Part shown: positions 52,001 through 63,331 of the stretch, piece by piece
How the letters are laid out: every line of letters starts with the position of its first letter
How positions within the stretch are numbered: position 1 is the first letter of the stretch
Made by a program: the position numbers and the translations under genes
The notes under the pieces: model-generated
Seen by the model: the letters and a program-made list of their open reading frames with translations, nothing else
Told to the model about the DNA's origin: nothing
The model's database searches: none
Source of the DNA: Gnetum montanum
Taxonomy: Eukaryota; Plantae; Gnetophyta
Direction: 5' to 3'
DNA length: 64,000 nt
NCBI GenBank assembly: GCA_015680685.1
Contig: MNCI01000381.1
Span: 152,676 to 216,675 of the forward strand

Positions 52001-54873
52001 ATAGGTCCCTTATATCCATTCGCACATCAACCATGCTTAACCAAGCCCTTCCTATAATGATGGGGAAGTCACTTTTGCAATTGTTCACCTTGATTACCAA
52101 AAAATTAGTAGGATAGGACCACCCATAGACTATGGTCATAATGTCCTCTACTAATCCCAAAGGGATAGTAATCGACTAATCTACCAATTCTAAATGGATG
52201 TTGCTCTTCTTAAGAGGTACTAGGTTCTAGGTCTTGTACATATCATGGGAGATGAGGTTAACTCTAGAACCAGAGTCAAGAAGAGCTTTTTATGGCTCTT
52301 GTCCAAAAATCTATAGATAGATGAGTGGACTTCCTAGATTGGATCTTTTTGTAGGAAGGTTGCTAGCCTTAATCTAGTTAGAAAAAACATGGGTTAACGT
52401 TACAGCGCGAATGCTAGGTAACACTTGGTTTGAAGGGCACTTGAAGGTATTTGATGTAGAGGATGAGGGTGCTAGAGATGCAAGATGATCACCTAGAGTA
52501 GGTTGTGAGGATTGGAGGGGATTTTTGGGTCAGAAGAAAGGTCATTTCCTTGATCGATTATTTGGACCACTTGGTTGAAAAACTAGTTGTGAGTGTACAA
52601 CCCTTGTAGCATATTGTTGTTGCAGCTGTGGAGGAATTTTACCTTGCATGGATGGAGCAAGAGGTAATTGAGTTAAAGGTGGAGGTGTAGGTGTAGAGGG
52701 ATGTGGAGGATGATAAGGATATGGATATGGGTTTTCCCTTTGAGTAGATGGTGAATGTGTTCAGTGATACTCTGGAGGGTAATAGTGATGCTGGAATGAT
52801 TCATGACTTATAAAACTTCTAGAGGAGACAAGCTACTACACATAGTACCTATATGGATTTGGTTGCCTATAAAGGTACTATTGCCTTGGCAATGGCATTC
52901 CCCACGATTATGGTTGATACCACTATTGGTATTATTCATATAATTGTGGAGGAGTTCCACTTAGGTAGTAAGCTTGTTGTTGCTAGTGGAACTATCTTGG
53001 ACTACCTTGAGGGTAAGGCAATCATCTTGGAGCTTGCCTATGTGCTAGGTGAGGATTTAATGCATACACTCTAGACTCTTGTAAGTGTGACATCACAGGG
53101 AAACATCCCTTTGGATGTTCGTATTGGCATGTGTCATGTTTAGTTTCATCATTAGAGTTAGACTCAACAACTTCCTCTACTACAACAACTTTGCCCTTAC
53201 CTCTTTTGTAGGCACGTTTGGCTTCTTTTCGTCGTTTGTGATTATGATCACTATTTTGCTCTTTGGATTCTTTGGCAATCTTTAAAGTATTTTGAAACTT
53301 TTCATTTAAATAGTGCCATAACTTATTAACCTTGGTTGAAATATCAGAAATGGATTTTTGGATGGGCAAGATCTTTCTATTCAACTTCATCAAGTGGTGA
53401 CTCCTCATCACAAAATTAGACCTCTCATTTTTTGATATATGGGTTCCTATTATATTCTTCAGCACTTTTCCTTTTTCCTAGCTCAAATGCTTTTTTTGCT
53501 ACATGCTTAATTAACCTTTGGATTTGGTGAGCTCTCATTTCAAATAATCTTCCTTAGGCATACATCCCAAGGGTTCTTCTTGTTTTCACTCTGAGCCCAT
53601 CTATGATGTGGTGAAGTTATTCTCTCTGAGAGTAACTATGGCTAGGGCATCAGTGTAGGAGTGAATAGTATTGGCCCATGGCTGCATCCAAGGGTTCATG
53701 TACTCCTTGTTTCCAGCTTTGGATTTTTCTTCTCAAATCAAACACTTTGGAGTATGTCTAGTATTTGTCATTGAATAGTTCTAACATGGTACTCCATCTA
53801 TGGATAGATTTCAGCTCTAAGGACTAATACTAGCTTTTAGCTTCTTTAATGAGTGTCCTTGGGAAAAGCTTGAGTTTCTACCACTTGTTCTCTATGTTCT
53901 ATAAGGCACAAGCATCTTGAAAAGCTTATAGATGTGTCTGCAGATCAAAATTTTACCCCTCCTCAAATCTTGGGATATTGTTCATATCTAAGTGCTTGAT
54001 GTGACTATCCCTCATATGCTTGGTTGGGGTTTTCACTACCTCTGCAATATTGAGCATACTTTGAGTCACTAATAAAGGTTCATAATCATCATTGCATTGA
54101 TGACATCGATGATGGTTTTGGCCACCCCTTCAATTTTGGTGGCCTTCACGGTCATTGTTATTTCATCGATCATTTTCATCATGGTTGTTTTGATGGTAGC
54201 TTCCATGAGAATCATTTGATGAAGACGAATGTTTAGAAGCAGATGAAGAGGATGAAGAGGAAGGTGGACCACCACCGCCACTGCAGTGTCTACCATCACT
54301 CTTACACTTATTATAATTACTGTCATTAGATCCCTTGTTATTGTGACGTTCACCCAAGTCTCTACTTTGGCTATCACTCTTTCTTGATCCTAGTTTATGA
54401 ATAGTCAATCACAGGGTCAGGTTCACACCTTCGTCATCAGTAATAGGGGGTGGAGAATCTTCATCTTGAGAATCTTCCAAGGGAGGATCCTCATTATCCT
54501 CTTGATTTAGTAGGAATAAGTGGTTAGTGTAATGTTTCCCCTTTGTAGCTTCATGGAGTTTCTCCTGACATTTATCTCTTTTACATTGTATTTTAGTGTG
54601 ACAATAGTTTTGAGTGTCATATCCATTTACAATGTACTTTTCATGAAGATCTACTATGCCAAACTTCTTAAGGTGTTTAAACAACATTTCAGGCACAGAT
54701 CTATAGGAGGGCAATACGACGTTGCCCTCCATATCATGCCATCGCATCTATTCATCTTGATGTAGGATGAAGATGAAATTTAGCACAAACTCATCTGGAT
54801 AAGTGTATACCACCTTGCATTCTTGTGGGACCGGTGGTTTAGTGTCTTTAGGCATGTGAGAAGAAGAAGACAT
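49100..54873 (-). pseudogene. Athila-like gag-pol relic
   Basis: Protease ALLDSGS near 52280; RT ORF 50974-51594 (SEWVSPLVIVPKK, MPFGLCNAPSTFQR); RNase H 49882-50502 (DISNYALGVVL, KELMAMV); integrase TTPYHPQANGQ near 49400. Confidence 0.9.
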
Positions 54874-55028
54874 TTTACAAAACAAAATGAACTTGTTAGT
54901 GTGCTTTTATGATTTTATGTATAGTGGAAATGATATGGACCTTTAGGTTCATACAATGATATTAATGAAATTCACTTAGACCTAAATAGTGCAAGTTTCA
55001 CAAACAAAGTCCCTAGCAATGGTGCCAA

Positions 55029-55929
55029 TGATGAGCGGCGAGGTACCCCTATGCCCAACCATACGAATCACAAGCGTTCATGCACAATCTAGTCAAATTC
55101 CGTGGACTTCATTATTTCCAGTGCATTAGCCCTTTAGGAAGTGAATCTAGCCTTAAGGTCAATCGTTGTCTTCCAAATTACACTTGTGACATTCATTGGT
55201 ATGGTTAAGTGTAACTAAGGCATTTGATTTGTATCATTTTTATGTTTTATAGTTGAGTGCTGGAAATGTAGATAAAAGAGGATTTAATTAACTAACCTAA
55301 ATTGACTAATTAACTAATCATTTAACTAATCCTAACATAAGTATCTATTCCCACTTTCCGTACATGTCCTGAACCCACGTATCCACTGTTGGGCGGCCAA
55401 ATGCTACGCTACTAGGTGTACCAAGTGATAATGCTGCTGGGATTACCAAGTGAATATGTGTTATGCTCGAAGTAGTTGTACTTATGTATTTAATCTATAC
55501 CTAGCTTAATTACCTCATTAACTCAATTACTGGAAAATATTTGCGAAATAATTAAGAACAATTAATAAATAATTGAAAATGTTAAATGCATAAATAAAAT
55601 AGCTAATCTATCCAAAGTGCTGCCAGGTTTACCAGAAAGCTTGTCTTTATTACCACACACATTGTCATGCTTAGGTACAACAATGCTTGAATAAAGATTC
55701 ATACATTCAATGACTCCTACTGTGAGCACTTGGGGGAAAAAATTCTAACTTTTGAATGGAAAAAATGCAAGAGCTTCATTGCTATTAAAATATAGATTTC
55801 CATAAATGTGGTTGGTAGGCATGTATTTATAGGTGATAGACAGACACTACGTTGATGAGGCCTTGTCAATGTAGGGCGAGATGTGTTGATGAGGCTTTGT
55901 CAATGTAGCCAACCAACAAAAACTCATCA
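55029..55929 (-). repeat. 5' LTR of the Athila-like element
   Basis: TGATGAG...CTCATCA termini; adjacent to the PBS. Confidence 0.93.
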
Positions 55930-55934
55930 CCAAT

Positions 55935-58400
55935 GTAGAAATTTTCTCGAAGATTGATTTAAATAGTGACTATAATTAAATTTTTATTAGACTAGAAGAT
56001 GAATGGAAAATGATCTTTAAGACATTGGATGATTTGTATGAATGATTAGTCATGTCTTTTGGGCTAATCAATGCTCCAATAAATTTCATGAGGCATATGC
56101 ATGAGGTTCTAAGGGATCTTATTGGTAAATGATATATTTTTTATAATATTCTTGTGTATAGTTGTAATGAAGAATAATATCTATAACACTTGAGATTGAT
56201 ATGGTTAAAGTTGCATGAGACTAAATTGATGATTAATGCCAAGTAATGCCACTTTATGAAGATAAACATTGTGTACTTATGTCATGTTTTCTCCAAGAAC
56301 CAAGTCAAGATGGAGCCAAGTAAGATCAAGACAATTAAGGAATGGCCTTCTCCTAAAGATGTGAGAGAAGTGAGATATTTTCTTAGCTTGGTTGATTTTC
56401 ATATGAGGTTTATTAGAAATTTCAATTCTATTGCATGATCTCTACTTGCTTATTTGAAAAAGAATTTAGATTTTGTATGGGATGATGAGAAGGAAAAGTC
56501 ATTTCAAGCTTCAAAAGAAAATATTTGTAGTGCTTCAGTATTGGCTATTTGAAGTTTTTTCAAGCTTTTTGAAGTGGAGATGGATGCAAGTGGACTTGTA
56601 GTTGGAGGGGTGCTATTCCAAGAAGGTAAATCCATTACATTTTTGGGTTCTAAAAATTAGATGATCCAAGGAAAAAGTATAGTGTCTACAAAAAAGAGTT
56701 ATATGCTATACTTAAAGCCATAAAACATTGGAGACATTATTTGTTGGAAAGTGAATTTTTGTTATTGACTAATAATAATGCATTGCAATTCTTGAATTCA
56801 CAAAAGAAGTTGAGTGCCAAGCATATGAAATGGGTGGATCAACTTTAAGAATTCAACTTTGTGTTGAAGCATAGAAGTGGAAAAAGTAATGTGGTGGTAG
56901 ATGCTCTTCAAAGAATTCATATTGTGAGCATGTGTTTAAGTAAAAGGACTTGATGCTTTAACTTCTTTGTAATCTCATGATGCTGATTTTGGAGAGGTTT
57001 GGAAGGATCTTAATGCTTCATTGCTTGGTAGAATGGATAGGTGGAGACACTATAATCTACAACAAGGCATCCTCTTCAAAAATAACAAGGTATATATGCC
57101 AAATTGTGATTTCATCTTAAATATTTTTCATAAAAAGTATACTTGTAATATGGCTAGACACTGGGGTAACACAAAGACCTATGAGCTTGTGGGAAAAAGA
57201 TACTTTTGGCAAGGTATGAGGAATGATGTAAATAAATTTATTAGTGCGTGTCTTGTTTGCCAAAAATTCAAGGGATGAAAGGGTATTACTAAACATTATT
57301 TGCCTTTGTCCATACCTAATGCTCCATGGAAAAATATCTCTATGAATTTTGTTTATGGGATTCTAAAGACACAAGTTGGTCATGATTCTATTTTTATTGT
57401 TGTTGATAGATTCACTACAATGGTCCATTTCATTCATTGTAAGAGAAATAATGATACATTTCATGTTGCTCAGTTGTATTTCCAAAATGTTGTAAGATTT
57501 CATGGTCTCCCATTGAATATTGTGAGTGATAGAGATATTAAATTCACAAGTGAATTTTGAAGTTCATTATGGAAAATTTTGGGTACAAAATTATCCTTCT
57601 CTAGTGCCTATCATCCAAAAAATAATGGTCAAATTGAAGTGGTGAACAGATCATTACTAAAAAATTTGAGGTATCTTTATGAGGATCAACGTAATAGATG
57701 GGAAAATATTTTGTCACATGCTAAGTTTAGTTATAATAATTCTTATCATTTCATCATTGGGAAAAGTCCATTTGAGGAAAACTGTGGTTATACTCTTAGG
57801 ATGATAGATGGTTTGAGGAAATTTGATGATTGTACCCATGTTAGTTTAGATTTTGTATAAAGCATGCATGACTTGCATAAGTAAGTGGAGACAAATATTG
57901 AAGGTAAGGAAAAAGAAGATGACGCTACAAAAAATTAGGAAAGAAAAAGTGGTCTTAAATGTTGATGATTATCTATGGCTTCATTTGGACAAGGAGAGAA
58001 TGAAGAATATGAGCTTCTTCAAGCTCAAGTCTAAGAAGATTGGTGCATTTCAAATTAGGGCCAAAGTAAATGAAAATGCTTATGAGCTTGATCTCCCTAG
58101 TCATTTTTCATTTTCTTGTGTATTCAATGTTTTATATTTGAGCCATTTCCATGGAAATATGCTTACATCTAATCTTGAGAATAGCATCAAAGTTCTCAAA
58201 GATGTAATTGAAGGTTCAAGTTCATTCAAAATATCAAGAAAATCTATGGTGCTATAAGTAAGAGAGGCAATGCATACAAGAGGTTAGAAGAAGCATGACT
58301 ACTTGATTCATTAAAGTCTAAAAATGCCATATGGGTTCATGAGTTTCATTTGGCTTTGTTAGGGCTTAATGCCATCCCAAATGTAATGCCAACTTGAGCT
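55935..58400 (+). pseudogene. Outer Gypsy pol, 3' part (RT, RNase H, integrase, possible chromodomain relic)
   Basis: IFSKIDL, FGLINAP, EMDASGL, PWKNISMNFV, IVSDRDIKF, SSAYHPKNNGQIEVVNR, with many stops. Confidence 0.88.
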
Positions 58401-58427
58401 TGAGTTTTGTTTCAAAGGTAGAAGAGA

Positions 58428-59237
58428 TGATGAGGACATCACCTAGCCCTAAGATGTCAATCCTCATTATTGTTATGTGTTTCATGTTTTTATTTGTTGT
58501 TGTCTTGTGTGTTTTAGCATGTTTCCTATGTTTGTAGCAAGTTTTGGGGCTAATGAGAGCTTACATGGGAAGTTGGGACTTTAGACTAGGCATCTAACTA
58601 TTTTGTGATTAGCCTAGAAAGACATCTTCCACTCCCAAAAGACATATTTTACACCTAAAAGATGTCTTCTTTGTAGGCCTAGATTTATGGAAATATGTAT
58701 TTTTAATCCCAAAGATGTCTTTAGAACTTGCCTACCTCTTGGGCAAGATGTCTTCTTGAGAGAAAAGATGTCTTTTTGAGCATGATGTATTTTCAGGAAA
58801 GATGTGTTCCATAACCTCAATATGTCTTTCTTATTATGAGACATGTTCATAATTTTGGGAATTTGGATGCTAAGTAATTCAAAAGCTATAAATAGGCATC
58901 AAGACCTTCCATCATGTATAAAGAAAAAGAGAGAGAGAGAGAGAGAAAAAATAGGGAGGTCCATAGGAAGAGAGATCAGAGAGAAGAGAGGAGAGTGTGG
59001 GTGAAGCTCATCTTGAGCATTCATTGTAGGCTTCATTGCCATTAATGTGTGAGTGTGAGTGTGCTGTGAAAGGATCTTGAGTCTTTGTCTATCCTTAGAG
59101 ACTTTTCTTCCAACATTTTGTATTTCATTTGTTTATTGTAAGCAAGAAGAAATTTTTTTTTCTTTTCTTATTTTCAAATTGTGAGCACTTTGTGGATTTG
59201 GCTTTAATTTTGAGTTGTTGAGGCCTAATCCTCACTA
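58428..59237 (+). repeat. 3' LTR of the outer Gypsy element
   Basis: Starts TGATGAGG after a purine tract; carries CTATAAATA; followed by TSD AAAAT. Confidence 0.9.
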
Positions 59238-61267
59238 AAAATCAAGTGCTTCCACCCATTAAATATCTACAAATTTAATGGGCCCCCTCTTGCCTAGGTT
59301 GGTTGGACGCAATCAGGCGGGCTTCGTCCATGGTAGGTCCCTCCAGGATCAGGTCCTTCTTATGCAAGAGATCCTTCACTCCCTCCGTTCTACGGGGTTT
59401 CCTGGTCTTTGCCTCAAGCTAGACATCACGAAGGCCTACGACACGCTTAGCTGGGACGCCCTGCATGACATCATGCATAGGAAAGGCTTTGATCCTGGAT
59501 TCATCCAATTGTGTTTGCATATCCAGTCCTCCGCCAGGTTCTTGTTTGACATGGGGGGGGGGGGGGGGCNGGCTTGCTGGGTTGAACACTACGCTGACGA
59601 TACCATGCTTCTCAGTTGGGCGGCGGTTCTGCAGGCCCGATGTATCAACCTGGCTTTGACCAGATTGGCCGCTGAGTTAGGTTTAGAAATCAACCGCACC
59701 AAATCAGCGGCGCACTTCATCAATGTGGACCCGCTGGTGCAGAACCGCATTACACAAATTCTGAACGTGCAACCCGGGAAGCACACCGATACCTACCTGG
59801 GTATACCGCTGTTCCAGTGGGGGCGGAACAATACTTGGACCCCCCTCCTGGCTAAGCTCGAGCACCGCATCAATCACTGGGCAAACCGTTTTCTGACCCG
59901 CAAGGGCCGCCTCCTTGTTTCCACTGGGCTCCTTGCTGCCACCACGCGCTTTGTGGCGACGGTCGCCGAGCCCCCAGCGGCCATCATCCACCAGATCAAT
60001 GCCAGGATCTGTTGTTTCATGTGGCAGGGGGGCAAAGGGGGGAGCAAACTCCATCTTGTCAATTGGCATCGCGTGGCCCGTCCTCGTACGGCGGGGGGGT
60101 TGGGGATCACAACTTTCGAGGATGAGTGTGCGATGGGGCAGCAGCGGCTGGTCAACCGGCTCACTCGTGGTCGGGGGGAGTGTAGTCAGTGGGCCTGTAT
60201 CGTGTGCCGGAAGTACACGCTCTGGCTGTCTGGTTCGCATGGGTCGAGGCCTTGGCTGTCCATCTGTCGGCATGTGCGGCGGATGTTAAGTCTGAACTGG
60301 ATCCACCTCGAGCCGCGCGAGATCTTGACCCATAAATTTTCCCTTGAGGACGGTTGGCTGGCGGTCTGGCGCGGACAGCTCCCCGAGAAAGTCAAAATCT
60401 TTCTCTGGATGCTCAAGTCGGCCGCGATCCCCGTGCGTGTGTTTTTGCAGCAGTGCAACATCCTGCAGGACCCACGTGTCCGCGCTGTGGCCATGCCCCC
60501 GAGACCCTCAACCACTTCATCTATGACTGCCCCTGCATGCTTGCCACCTGGCGCGCATGCAGAAGGCCCCCCTCCCCCGCGGCATTTTGATGGTAATTCA
60601 TGGTCAGCGCTGTTGCTGTGGCATGCCTGGAAGGCGCGGAATCGCACTGTCTTTGCACAGGCGGCTACCCCCCCAGCAACTTATCCAGCGGACCTGCAGA
60701 GCGTGGCGTGAGATTGCGGACGCTATGGGGAAGATGCCGACATACGAGCCTGACTGCGCCGCCTACTAGGCCGACGAGGAGCTGTGGCGGATGGTTTGTC
60801 AGTGCGGTTGGGCCGACCTACTGCAGAGGCTGGTCAGGGATCCTAACCTTCCTGACAACTCTTTCTTTACTAACTGGCATGGAGATCGGACGTACTTCCG
60901 GGGCCGAGAAATTCGCATGACAGAGGCCGCCCTGGCCAACTACCTGGGGGTCCTGGCCGCGGGGGAAGTCATCCTGCCAACCTCCCGCAGCCTCCATAAC
61001 TCTGCGACCTTCTTCGAGGGGCTGTCCCCGAGAACGCAGAGCCGTCAGGTCCCTCGAACCTCCCTCCCGCGCCTCTGGGCTCACGCTGCCGCCTTGGTGG
61101 AACGCTTTCTTGTCCAGTCGGGAAATGTTTCCAAACTCCAGGGGCTGCATTTTACCTTCCTGAGGTGCTTGAAGGATGGCACCCCGGTTAACATGTCGCG
61201 TTTCTTCCTTGAGGCCCTCCACCTTCAGCGGCGCGGTCGCCACTCGGGGCTGATTTTAGCTCTGTGG

Positions 61268-61468
61268 NNNNNNNNNNNNNNNNNNNNNNNNNNNNNNNNN
61301 NNNNNNNNNNNNNNNNNNNNNNNNNNNNNNNNNNNNNNNNNNNNNNNNNNNNNNNNNNNNNNNNNNNNNNNNNNNNNNNNNNNNNNNNNNNNNNNNNNNN
61401 NNNNNNNNNNNNNNNNNNNNNNNNNNNNNNNNNNNNNNNNNNNNNNNNNNNNNNNNNNNNNNNNNNNN
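61268..61468. other. Assembly gap (201 N)
   Basis: Run of N inside LINE D; the reading frame across it is undefined. Confidence 0.99.
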
Positions 61469-61636
61469 GGGCCCGAATCAGGGAGGAGTTGCGTCAGGAG
61501 GAGGAGGCCCGTCAGGCTCAGGAGGCGGCGGCCCAGGAAGAACAGGAGCGCCTGCAGGAGGAAGAAGAGGAACGGCAACGGCAGCTCGACCAGGCACATC
61601 AGCACAGCACTCGCTAGTGGCTTAGGGGGGGGGCGC

Positions 61637-61834
61637 TACCCGTATAGTATTTTAGGCATTAGCTGTGAAAGCTCCTGGGGGGAGCTCAGACGACACATCA
61701 GGCGCACGTCCGCTAGATTCCACCCGGATGCGGGGGATTCCCCGGCGGACCGGAGTAGGTGCGAGGCTCTTATGCAGGGCTTCCAGCAAGCCGCTAACTT
61801 TGTGGACACCGAGGAGCATCGCGCCACCCTGGAC
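61637..61834 (+). other. DnaJ/Hsp40 J-domain coding segment with intact HPD
   Basis: YPYSILGISCESSWGELRRHIRRTSARFHPDAGDSPADRSRCEALMQGFQQAANFVDTEEHRATLD aligns with the J-domain consensus DYYxILGV-x3-AS-x2-EIKKAYRKLA-x2-YHPD...AEEKFKEINEAYEVLSDPEKRxxYD. Confidence 0.88.
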
Positions 61835-62253
61835 CTGCTTCATGAGCTAGAGCGGCCTCGGTGCACCTGTCGCCAGCTGCCGACTCGTCCCTAGCTCCCC
61901 CCCCGTCGCTGCCCCCCTGGTGGCTGGTGGTGTTGTCTTGTCTGTCTGTTGGGGTTGCACCCCCCCTTTCTCCCTCCTTCTCCCCCCCCTTTTTTTTTCT
62001 TTGGTTGGCGCCCCCCTGTCGGGGGTGCGCCCCCCCTTTTTTTCCCCCTTTTTTCTTTGTTGGGGTTTTTGAGGTTTTGAGGTCTGTGCGTTTCGGTGGT
62101 TCGGTGGCTCAGCTTGGTGTCCTCCGAGTTTGATCTTTTGGCGGGTGGCCGGGACCCACCCCCCTCGCTTGTACTTGTATACTCGTGTACCATACTTTCA
62201 GTAATACAATCCCGAACATTCTCTCTCAAAAAAAAAAAAAAATTTACAAATTT

Positions 62254-63331
62254 CATCCTCTACCTTTATGAAACTTATTTTTTAAATAGTTTAACCTTTA
62301 GGGTTCATGGGAAAGAGCTAAATTTCTTACCTGTCTTCAATGTTGTTTTGAGGCATGAGTATCTCTTTTATTATCTTGACTATTTTCAACACGTAATCTT
62401 CTTCTTGAAACTTCAACTTACTACTGGTTCTTCAGTTCATTTTGGACTTTGACTTGTAATGATTTCTCTTCATTTTTTTGAGGGACAAGGGATCATCTTC
62501 AAGGCCTAAACATGTCTTTTTCTTCTACCTTTTTTTCATTTGCAAATTTAATAACTCTTAAGAATTTTTTATAGCTAATTTTTGTTTGAATTTTTATGGT
62601 TTTAAAAAGATAAATTTAATTATCCAACATTCTAGACTTGGTAATCTCATTGATGTGATACAATAATTATCTCAAAATCTCACATTGTTTATCCTTTTGT
62701 GTAATTTTTCCAATTGATAATAATGAATTATATAACTTGGAAGAAAAAAGCATATGATGAATAATTTTTTCTTTACTATTATTTAAGGTGATAAGTACTA
62801 TACCTATGTCTTTAATCTCCAAGTGTTTTTCATTGACAACTCTAATTCTTCCAAGGCCTTTGCACTCTTTGAGCTTTATGAAGTCATCTTTGTTAGGTGC
62901 AATGTAATTAGAGTATCCACTATCAATGATCTAAGCATGTGCAGGTAAGTTTCTTTTCATGTTAAATGCCATTGTATGTGAGTTTCCTCATTCAATTGTT
63001 TGAGCTTTAGTTTCTTCTTCATGTTTTTGTTCATTCTTTGATTTCTTCTTGTTAAAGCAATTAGGGGGATAGCCATGCTTATACCAACATTTTGCTTCTA
63101 TATGATCCTTCTTGTTACAAAAATTACATATAGAAATTGAATTGGATTTAAAATTATGTTTCTTACCTTCTTTTTCTTGCTTTAAGTCTTCATTTTCAAA
63201 CTTCTCTTTGAATCTTTTCTTGTATTTGGTTACATATGCTCATCTTTTTTTATCTTCAAATTTAACGTTTTCAGTGATCCTCATTTAAGTCCTTGATTTT
63301 GAATAATATTCAACATGACATTTTGATACCA
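62254..63331 (-). mobile_element. Ty1/Copia remnant, heavily deleted
   Basis: On -: PBS-like TGGTATCAAAA at 63331-63321, zinc knuckle CNFCNKKDHIEAKC near 63130-63085, protease A*IIDSGYSNY near 62940-62905. Confidence 0.75.

Larger units (their letters stand above)
42710..55929 (-). mobile_element. Athila-like Ty3/Gypsy LTR retrotransposon, full length and degenerate, nested antisense in the outer RT
   Basis: LTRs 42710-43639 and 55029-55929 (TG...CA); TSD CCAAT (42705-42709, 55930-55934); PBS TGGCACCATTGCTAGGGAC on -, resembling the Athila tRNA-Asp PBS; PPT next to 43639; gag-pol from 54873 to about 49100; extra 3' ORF. Confidence 0.93.
39427..59237 (+). mobile_element. Ty3/Gypsy LTR retrotransposon, chromovirus/CRM-like, degenerate, interrupted by a nested element
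   Basis: LTRs 39427-40166 and 58428-59237; TSD AAAAT (39422-39426, 59238-59242); PBS TGGTATTAGAGCC at 40170; PPT before 58428; order gag-PR-RT-RH-INT; INT end LWLHLDKER...KVNENAYELDLP is CRM-like. Confidence 0.92.
59278..61894 (+). pseudogene. LINE D ORF2 (RT, zf-RVT, extension domain, coiled coil, J-domain) with a few frameshifts, stops and an assembly gap
   Basis: Frames join by single-base shifts near 60470, 60575, 60670 and 61630 and by two TAG codons (60767, 61615); ends at TAG 61892-61894. Confidence 0.82.
59277..62242 (+). mobile_element. L1-clade LINE copy D, young, 5'-truncated within RT
   Basis: [29 protein letters not shown], zf-RVT CPRCGHAPETLNHFIYDC; A15 tail at 62228-62242; TSD core TACAAATTT at 59268-59276 and 62245-62253; GC- and CpG-rich. 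Confidence 0.93.

Noticed and set aside
59553-59571. Apparent deletion of the RT motif GLRQGDPLSP in LINE D
   Set aside because: Coincides with a long G-run and an N; more likely an assembly gap than biology.
60791-61894. The 367-aa ORF-track protein as a standalone gene with an Arg-rich segment
   Set aside because: The frame across the 201-N gap is arbitrary. Homologous copies show the Glu-rich frame is the real one, linked to the J-domain by a G-run frameshift. The region lies within the LINE TSDs and is in frame with ORF2 in copies A and B.
61637-61894. Host DnaJ gene or processed pseudogene
   Set aside because: No introns or independent start; the same domain occurs at the same position in two other diverged LINE copies.
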